From assembly GCA_009103225.1 (NCBI GenBank), contig RHPI01003156.1, positions 37,342 to 101,341 of the forward strand: a stretch of DNA of 64,000 nucleotides. The letters are read 5' to 3'. Below the pieces are notes generated by a model. That model worked only from the letters and a program-made list of their open reading frames with translations, did no database searches and was not told where the DNA came from. Origin of the DNA: Chlorokybus atmophyticus. Taxonomy: Eukaryota > Plantae > Mesostigma and Chlorokybus algae. The translations under genes and the position numbers were made by a program. Shown here piece by piece: positions 55,389-64,000 of this stretch; position 1 is the stretch's first letter; every line of letters starts with the position of its first letter.

Positions 55389-58300
55389 TCTACGCGTGAG
55401 GAGTGCGAGTTAGTGGAAGCGTGGTACACTGGTAGCTGACTGGTAGCATAGTCTTGGGTGTTGACTGGCTGGAGAGAGGCGCGTTCAACCAAGATGGAGT
55501 CTAGCTACGACAAGGGGCAGATTGCAAAGCTGGACACTGACAACTACAGTACCTGGTGTGTGGAGATGAAGGCCTTGCTGATATACAAGAGGCTAGGAAG
55601 CATGTGGATCCGAAGGCGACACCACCACCAGTTTGAGAGAGGTCTGTATGGCTTGAGAGCTCGCAACAGGGACTTGCCTTGATTGTGTTGAACTGCAAGT
55701 TGTATCACTTTCCCATGCTATCTGCATGTGAGGATGGTAAACAAGCTTGGCAGAAACTTGAGTCCGTGTTTCAAGCCAAGAACAACGCAGAGAAGCTGTC
55801 ACTGAAGAAGCAGCTGAACTCCATCAAGAAGGAAGCTGGTGAGCCTGTCACAAAGTATTTGTCGCGTGCGAGAGAGTTGTGGGCGAACCTTACTGATGTC
55901 GGGAGCAAGATGGAGGAGGAGGACGTTGTGCTGGCTGTGCTGAACGGGCTACCATCTGAGTTTGAGGTTGTCACTACTCTACTGGAGACATCGTCAGGTT
56001 CTTACCCTGGACGACGTGCTGCCCAAGCTACTCATCATAGAGCAGAAGACAACAAAGAAGGACGACCATGCAGATGCTGTGGTTTTTTACAACAAGTATA
56101 GAAGGCCTGGAGGACACGACAAGCAGCTACGGACTGGCAACCGTGACAACAAAACTGGAAGCAGTACTGGTAAACGACATGCCAAGCTGAGATGTCATAC
56201 CTGTGGAGTGGTTGGACACATCAGCAGAAATTGTCCCAAGCGTTATCAAGATGGAGGCGCAAGCACTAGCGGCAAAGAGAAGGCGTTTGCATTTGCTGCA
56301 TCATTGGGAAGACACCATGGAAGTTGGGTGATCGACTCTGGATGCGAGAGGCATCTCACGCCACATGTGGAGCTGTTGGAGGACTACACGAAGCTGACTC
56401 ATCCTGTAAAAGTGGAGGGCTTTAATGGTCATGTGCTGGAGGGCATTGGGGTTGGGAGCGTGAAGCTTTATACCCAGGTCGGTGACACTGTTCATAAGGT
56501 CTTGTTGAGGGAGGTGTTGCACGTTCCTGGTGCTGCTGCGAGCCTATTTAGTGTAGCGATCGCTGAGCGCGTGGGAGCTGAGGTCATGTTCAAGAATGGC
56601 CGCTGTGAAGTGAAGCTGGATGGGGTCGTGTGCATGGAGGGCGCTAAGCATGGAGGGCTCTACCTGGTACGACAACCTTGTCATATGCAAGCCTTGGTGG
56701 TGAAGGAGAAAGAGACTGCGGAGCTCTGGCATCGAAGGTTCGGGCACTTGGGCTACGGCAATCTCACTCGGTTGGTCTCAAAAGATATGGTTGTTGGCAT
56801 CAACCTGAAGAAAGAAGACTTTGAAACCGCATCAGGTGTGCACTGTGAACCATGTGTGTTGGCGAAGCAGCATCGCGTGCCTTTCCCGTCATCTTCATCG
56901 CATAGTCAGCATCTTGGCGAGCTTGTGCATATGGATGTTTGCGGGCCTATGCGCGTTGTGGCGAAGGGAGGGGTAAGGTACTTTGCGACATTCCTCGACG
57001 ACTGTAGCAAGCTTTCCATCATCTTCCCATTGAAGGTGAAGTCTGAAGTTGCTGGAGCTGTGCGTACGGTCGTGGCATTGCTAGAGACACAAGGTGGCAA
57101 GAAGGTGAAAGCAATGCGGAGTGATCGAGGGGAGTACATCAACAACGAGTTGAAGGAGTACTTCGCCAGCAAAGGCATACGCCACGAGACAACGGCACCC
57201 TACAACCCGCAGCAAAATGGAGCTGCTGAGCGTCTGAACCGGACCCTGATGAAGCGAGTACGAGCCATGCTCAGCGACAATCAGCTGGAAGACAGTTTGT
57301 GGAGTGAAGCTGTCCTTACCGCCAACTATATACGCAATCGGTCACCTGTGAGTTCTGAGCAGAAGACACCGTGGGAGCTCTTCTACGGCACTGCACCAGA
57401 TGTGAGTGGCATGCGTGTGTTCGGGTGCATAGCATATGCACTGGTGCCAAAAGCTTTCAGGCACAAGTTGGAGCCAGTTAGCCAGAAAGGCGTTTTTGTT
57501 GGCTATGAGCCGGGTTCCAAGGCTTACCGGATCCTGCTGGAGAAAGAGCAAAAGGTCATTGTAAGCAGAGATGTGGTGTTCCACGAGGGTTCATCACAGA
57601 GAAAAGCGAGTTTCTACCCCAAAGATGAAGATGAAGCACAGGCGCAGGAGTCTTTTAAGTGTGTGGAGACCGAAAGAGGCGCGGCTGTCATCGACATGGG
57701 TGCGAAGGAGAAGGACTTGGATGTGGCTAGCAATGAAGAGCGGCATCAGCATCAGTCATCTCGGAGGTACCCTGAGAGAGAGAGAAACGAGCCAGACTTC
57801 TTCCACAAGGCACTTGCAGCAAAAGTGCATGAGGACAGTGAAGAGCCAAGCACCTACTTGGAGGCATTGCGGGCACCTGATGCAGAGCAATGGCAGTGAG
57901 CTATGGACGAGGAGATTGCGTCACTCCATGCCAACAATACTTGGGTGGTGGAGAAGCTCCCTGCAGGTGCGAAAGCTATCCCTGTCAAATGGGTCTTCAA
58001 GGTGAAGCGTGATGGTCAAGGCAACATCGAGCGATACAAAGCAAGGTTGGTGGCAAAGGGCTTTGCAGCAAGAGGGAGTGGACTTTATTGAAGTCTTTGC
58101 GCCTGCAAGTAAGCATGTCACCTTTCGGGCATTGTCGGCTATGGTTACTGCGGAGGATCTAGAGATGCATCACCTCGATGTGAAGACTGCATTCCTCTAC
58201 GGAGAGCTGGAGGAGGAGATCTACATTGAGCAACCACCTGGCTATGAAGAAGGCATGCGCGGTACGGCCTGCAAGCTGATTAAGGCGTTATATGGGCTAC

Positions 58301-59294
58301 GACAAGCACCCCGTATGTGGCACATCAAGTTGACTCAAGAGCTTGAGTCACAAGGCTTCAAGGCATCTACTGCTGATCCGGGGCTCTTCTTCCATGATGA
58401 GAAGAAGGTGTGGCTACTCGTGTATGTGGACGACATTATCGTCAATGCTAGGCGGGTGGAGAACCTGCAAGAAACAAAGCTAGCGCTGCAGCAAGCATTT
58501 TCTGTTCGTGATCTCGCGGAGGCCAAGTGGTTCCTTGGCATGGTGATCGAGAGGGACAGGGCTGCGCGTACAATTAAGATCAGCCAGGAGCAGATGGTGA
58601 AAAGACTTACAGCCAAGTTTGGGATGACTGAGGCAAAGACCAAGTCTACACCTCTGGCGGTTGGTACAAGCCTTATCAAGGCAAAGGACGGGGAGGTACT
58701 CAACAAGGCTCAATATCCATACGGTGAGCTTGTAGGCAGCATGCTCTACTTGGCAGTGTGCACACGGCCGGATATTGCACATGCTGTTGGAGTTCTTGCT
58801 CGCTACATGTCTGCACCATCGCTTGAGCACTGGAAGGCTGCAAAGGCAGTGCTACGTATGTGGCTGGGAGCGCTATTGTTGGCATCAAGTTTGGTCGCAG
58901 TAATATGGAGTTGATGGGATATTGCGACTCTGACTTTGCTGGGGACCTTGATAGCCGAAGGTCTACTACGGGCTATGTGTTCATGCTCAACGGAGGAGTT
59001 GTGAGCTTGAACAGCAGGCTACAGCCAACGACGGCGGCATCCACATCTGAGGCGGAGTACATGGCAGCAGCAGCAGCAGTGAAGGAGGCATTGTGGCTTC
59101 GCAAGCTGATGGCAGATCTTGAGCATCCCATGGCATGCATCATGATCAACTGCGATAATCAGGGCGCCATCAAGTTGCTGAAGCACCCCATTGCGTCTTC
59201 ACGCACGAAGCACATTGATGTTATGCATCATTTTGTGCAAGACAGAGTCACCAGGAAGGAGATTGCCTTTCAATACTGCAACACTGAAGACATG

Positions 59295-60632
59295 TTGTTG
59301 TTGGGGTTGTGGCCACCAGCGTTGTTGCCGTTGTTGCGACCATTAGCGTTGTTGCTGTTGTTGTAGCCCCCGTTGTTGTTGTTGTTGGTGGTGGTGTTGT
59401 TGTTGTTGCCGCGGTAGCCAACAGCGTTGTTGCCGTTGTTGTAGCCAATAGAGGGCCGCAGCTCAGGGAACTTGAGACAGCATACTGTCTCCAAGTGTCC
59501 CGTCTTGTGGCAGTAGTCGCACACAAGGTTGCCGTAATCTTCGGTGCACTCCTTTTGGTAGTGGCCATGTCGACCACACCGGTGGCACAGCACTGGAGCC
59601 ACAAGGGCAGCATGATCTGACCGTTTATCCTTGTTGTGGATGCCTTGCGGCTCTCGGCTGCGGTCCCGCCGAAGAGGCTCTGCACTTGTGCCTGCCATAA
59701 GCCGCGAGGCACTGCGGTTGGTGTCCAGCACCGCTTTCACATACACTGCACGCTTATGGATGGCTTGTGCCGTCTCGAAAGCTTCCTTAAGGGTGTAGCC
59801 GAGGGGCCTGCTGTAGTTCAGCATCAGGCGCGTTGACTCACTCAGGGTGGGATCCAACTCGGCCACATACACCACTGCTGCCGCCTCCTCACTGACAATC
59901 CTGTAGTCAGTGTCTTTGAGCAACCCTTCCAACCGTGAATACAGTCGGAGAGGGTCCTCGTGGGGCTTCCGTCGAAAACTCCTCCACCTTGCTGTTGGTT
60001 TGAGGTGGGAAGGTGCGCCGGAGTGCGGCGTAGAGGTCCTTCAACGGGGAGTCCGACATGGCCGCGTCCACCGTAAGCGCGGGTGCACGCAATGCCACTG
60101 AGCCGAGGGTGAAAACACTGCCTCCCGCTGGAGCACGCGAGTTCGGTGTTGGTAGCAGGGGCGTACCCATCTCCAATGCTGCAGCTTGCTGCTCTTCTTG
60201 TTGCTCCCTGATGATGGCAGCGGTGCGGTTGAGTATCCTGATCCGGCGCTCGGCCTTCTTGCTTTCGATCTCTGCAGGAGTCAATGAGGCCACTACACAG
60301 GGCTTTTTACGCGCGGACCAGTCGTACGCAGCCCGTAGACCACGTCTGGTACGTTGTAGCATACCAGTGCCGCGACTGGTCCGGCATGATCGGACCACCG
60401 GTGGTCCGGCCCCGAAGCCCGCCGATATGGTCCGAATGACCGGACCAGGGCTGGTGGCGTGTCCCGCGGCTTGTAGACCGGTACAGCACTGGTCAATACG
60501 CGGCCTGAGCAGTAGAACCAAGGCTGGTCGCATGCCCTGCGGCCTATGAGCCAGGGCAGCTGGTACAGGCGTACAGGTGCCGAGAACCAAGTCCGGTTCG
60601 TATGCAGACATTGTGAGCACCAGGCCTGTCAC
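59295..60632 (-). pseudogene. Retrotransposon gag with two CCHC zinc knuckles and an Asn/Gly-rich tail; +1 frameshift near 59975
   Basis: CHRCGRHGHYQKEC (59546-87) and CDYCHKTGHLETVC (59480-521). Removing one T restores the capsid-like VEEFRRKPHEDPLRLYSRLEGLLKD. The ORF is cut at the copia junction. Confidence 0.8.
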
Positions 60633-61017
60633 TTACCACGCGTCGTGAGAGACAATGGCTTGCAATGACAAATTGAGGCGCGGCCTTGCACACGTCAGCA
60701 GAGCAATGAGTACGATACTGTCCTTATCCCGTGCCGAAACCCTAATCGCAAGGTTCGCAAGGAGGCACTGCTTGCGTCGTTCGTTGATGTTAGCGGCAAG
60801 CTACTGGGGCTGGAGGCGGCACCGGAGGCGGCAGTGCTGAGGGTATGCCCACTAAATGCTTACTTACGGTGGTGTTACAGCTGCATCACATTCAAGCTTC
60901 ATGCATTGTATGTTGCTGTTCAGTTTGTAGTCATTAGCATTTGTACAACAGCTGGTACAGCAATTATTGCTGGTGGCAGCGGCTCTTGCTGCCGGTGCTG
61001 ATGCCGTTGATGCACTG

Positions 61018-63620
61018 TTATATTGTTTTGTGTTCGTGTTTGTGTTTGTGTTGGCGCCTGCTGCTGCTGCTGCTGCGTTTCTTCACAACAGCACAGTTCT
61101 GAGCAGCAGCCACGGCAGTATAGAAGGCTGCTGTGTACTCTGGCTGTAACTCACGACTGGGCTGATTGCGTGCCTTTAATTGCTTCTTGTGCTTGCTTCT
61201 TTTGCTTGCGCATGATTCGCTAATCATGAGCGCGCAATCAATCCAGCTGGATTGATTGCGAGCTCGTAATTTGTCAGCTTGCATGCTGGCTTGCTATTGC
61301 TTGCATGTTTACTTGCCCGCCTGTTTGTGCGTGCATGCCTGCTTCAGGGGTTGGAATCAATGCGGCTGCGGCATTCTTGGGCTCAACCCAACCTTGGCTT
61401 CTGCAAGCAAATATAAATGTTGTTTGCACAGCCTTCATTAGGCCTTTGCACTCTGCAATTCCGCGTGCGCGTGTGAGTGCGCGCATGCTCATGTGTATGC
61501 GCATGCGTGCGTGCGTGTGTGGCTGAATGACCACGTGTGCTTACGCATGTGCGAGTGTGTACACTCATTTCTCAACCTGTTCTGCTTGAACTCTGGGCGA
61601 AGATGGTTGAGACATTGACGCGAAGCACCTAGAATTCCAGCAGTACAAACTGGCATTGCTCAGTAAGTGACGATTATGTAGCATTATGATGCCACGCACT
61701 CGTGTAAGTTGGCACCTTCGCGTGCTAAGGCATGTGGCAAGGCAAGGGACTGTTGGCAGGAGTGTGGCACCGTAAGCAAGACGGTCACCGGTGGCAAGGA
61801 CGGTCCTTGCCAGCGATATTGGAAAGTTGAGTGTACTCGTGACCGAAGCAAGATGCTGCTGCCAGCAGTGAGCCCATGCAAATGCTGAACAGCAGGTGAG
61901 CAGATGGGCAAGGGGAGGACCGAGGGGGAGGATACGTGGTTGCATACGCACACGCATGTGCAAGCGTGCATGTGCTTTTCAGAACGCAGGCATGCACGTC
62001 ATGTCATGTGTGCACGGTACACACATGCACGCACATTGTTGCAATCAGCTCATAGACCGCACTGGTNNNNNNNNNNNNNNNNNNNNNNNNNNNNNNNNNN
62101 NNNNNNNNNNNNNNNNNNNNNNNNNNNNNNNNNNNNNNNNNNNNNNNNNNNNNNNNNNNNNNNNNNNNNNNNNNNNNNNNNNNNNNNNNNNNNNNNNNNN
62201 NNNNNNNNNNNNNNNNNNNNNNNNNNNNNNNNNNNNNNNNNNNNNNNNNNNNNNNNNNNNNNNNNNNNNNNNNNNNNNNNNNNNNNNNNNNNNNNNNNNN
62301 NNNNNNNNNNNNNNNNNNNNNNNNNNNNNNNNNNNNNNNNNNNNNNNNNNNNNNNNNNNNNNNNNNNNNNNNNNNNNNNNNNNNNNNNNNNNNNNNNNNN
62401 NNNNNNNNNNNNNNNNNNNNNNNNNNNNNNNNNNNNNNNNNNNNNNNNNNNNNNNNNNNNNNNNNNNNNNNNNNNNNNNNNNNNNNNNNNNNNNNNNNNN
62501 NNNNNNNNNNNNNNNNNNNNNNNNNNNNNNNNNNNNNNNNNNNNNNNNNNNNNNNNNNNNNNNNNNNNNNNNNNNNNNNNNNNNNNNNNNNNNNNNNNNN
62601 NNNCCCCCCTTCTCACCCTCACCCCCACCCACAGTTCCTCTGTTAGAAGATGCGCACACACACACCAGCACGCTGTGGACACGTGCACGTGCATGCGCTT
62701 ACGCGCACGTGTGCAGGTATGCGAACTGCTTTCCAAGCTAGCAGTTAAAAAAGAGAACAGAGTAAAAATTTGTTGTGCACGGCTTTGCGTACATGGGCAC
62801 TACCTTGCCCCCACTGCCTGCACTCTCCACTATCTTCAAGGTACGATGAGTGTGTGTGCGCATGCGCATGAGTGTGCTTGCGTTCATGTGTTCTTGGTCA
62901 GCGTGTGCGTGTGCATGCGCTGCTGCGCGAGTCACTCTGACATGTTGCATGTGTTGTTGTGCACGCATGAGTGTGTAGGTGCACATGATGTCGACATCGA
63001 GAATGAGCTGCTTGTGGGAATGACACAGAGGGGTTGGTGGCGAAGACCACCCCGCTCAACTTCCAGGTAGGCCTGCTGAGCTTGGAAGGATTGGGTGTGA
63101 GGATGGCACTGACAACGCGCACGCGCACGCGCGTGTGGGCATTGGTCCATGCGCAAGCATGCGCACGCGGACAAGCACAGGCAGGCATTTGCGCAACCAT
63201 GCACATCTAGTGCAGCGTATGAGGCTGGCTCATAGACACTGCCTTATAGGCCGCACTGAACAGTGCGGCCTATGAGGCAGTGTCTTCAGGCTGGCTCATA
63301 GGCCGAACTGACCAGTGTGGCCCATGAGCCAGCGATGCTAGGTTATAGATTCCAAAAGTCATAGGCGGCTGTATGTGAGCCCGTGTGTATGTGTGCATGA
63401 GGTCCACCCCACAACAACACAACACGGTTGAAGGCGCGCAATCTCACAAACACGTGCGCACATGTCCCTAACACTACCATTGCCAGCCCGCGGAGGGCCT
63501 GCCCCCTACGCCGCGCAAGGACCAGTGGAGTGGTGATGCGGGGCGTCACCATTGGTGGGGCAGCCTGATGCTGCTGCTCTTCACAGGGTGCAGGACCGGG
63601 GGCCGCTGCAGCTGAGTGCA
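61018..63620 (-). CDS. Possible fragments of a spliced host gene of unknown function
   Basis: GC-rich AG...GT-bounded segments near 63470-63620 (VHSAAAAPG...GLAM) and 62990-63110, separated by TG/CA-rich intron-like DNA. No known domain; spans an N-gap. Confidence 0.25.
62067..62603. other. Assembly gap (N run)
   Basis: 537 N bases. Confidence 0.99.
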
Positions 63621-63945
63621 CCTGGACCTCAAGGCGACCGGAATGGGAAGGGGAGGGGAAGAGGAAGGGGGAGGCGGGGGGGAAGGTAACTATGTGCTTG
63701 CATACGCGTGCTCAGATGCACGCGCAGGCACACGCGCATGCGCATGCACGTACACGTGTGCATTCGTGACACATGTGCATATGTGCATTCGTAACACGCG
63801 TATGCAAGCATGCAAGTACACTCGTGCATTCGTAACACACGTACATACTCTAGTAAACACACGGTCAACTTTGGGTTCATAGGCCGCGCGAACCAGTTGC
63901 TGTAGGCTGGCTCATAGGCCACACTGAACAGTGCGGCCTATGAGC
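63234..63945. repeat. Cluster of short palindromic repeats, core GCTCATAGGCCGCACTG-AA-CAGTGCGGCCTATGAGC
   Basis: Hairpins at 63234-63285 (25-bp arms, 1 mismatch), 63290-63333 (21-bp arms, 3 mismatches) and 63910-63945 (17-bp arms, 1 mismatch). Confidence 0.85.
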
Positions 63946-64000
63946 AGCAGTTCTGCATGTACATGTACACTATGCATGCATGTGAACAGGTGCCCCCCTC

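Larger units (their letters stand above)
54920..59297 (+). mobile_element. Ty1/copia LTR retrotransposon, degenerate and 3'-truncated (no PPT or 3' LTR)
   Basis: Gag from 55494 (KLDTDNYSTW), CCHC CHTCGVVGHISRNC, PR WVIDSGC, LWHRRFGH, INT HMDVCGP...NGAAERLNRTL, RT (YVDD 58423-34), RH GYCDSDFAGD...KHIDVMHHFV...YCNTEDM. The order PR-INT-RT-RH defines copia. Frameshifts occur near 55650, 55990, 58070 and 58855, with a stop at 57897-99. Confidence 0.96.

Noticed and set aside
55412-55425. Sense-strand tRNA-iMet D-arm-like 14-mer downstream of the PBS
   Set aside because: Too short, and there is no mechanism or cloverleaf, so it is likely chance.
59280-59297. MSSV at the end of the gag ORF matching MSSV at 54883
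   Set aside because: The first is the reverse complement of copia RNase H codons and the nucleotides differ, so it is a coincidence.
54884-61000. 5' LTR of the DNMT-gypsy matching the 839-bp unit
   Set aside because: By eye there is no match to A or B near 54.9 kb or 60.6-61 kb beyond chance 7-8-mers. A TGTAAC...TGGTAAG segment at 60878-60635 (minus) is too weak to call an LTR plus PBS.

Overview
Eukaryotic, intron-rich genomic DNA, most likely from a green-lineage alga. This is an inference from a plant-like CstF-77 sequence, a telo-box and GT-AG introns. Positions 1-43.7 kb are a gene-dense host region. It carries a secreted beta-helix-like protein, a DEAH-box helicase (DHX33-like), a WD40 protein, PrimPol, a PLAC8-family protein, POLD4, a PP2C phosphatase, one weak hypothetical gene and CstF-77. 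Positions 43.8-60.6 kb are a nest of decayed LTR retrotransposons. The main element is a minus-strand Ty3/gypsy whose pol region carries a C5 cytosine DNA methyltransferase domain between protease and reverse transcriptase, plus a PHD finger after the integrase. Its 3' end abuts about 4.1 identical tandem copies of an 839-bp unit. Its upstream reading frame is cut by a 3'-truncated Ty1/copia with a half-tRNA PBS. A minus-strand double-zinc-knuckle gag lies on the far side of the copia. The last 3.5 kb contain a family of short palindromic repeats. There are three N-gaps and a 662-bp (CT)n tract. Exon chains were read by eye, so gene starts are less certain than the domain calls. No database search was run.
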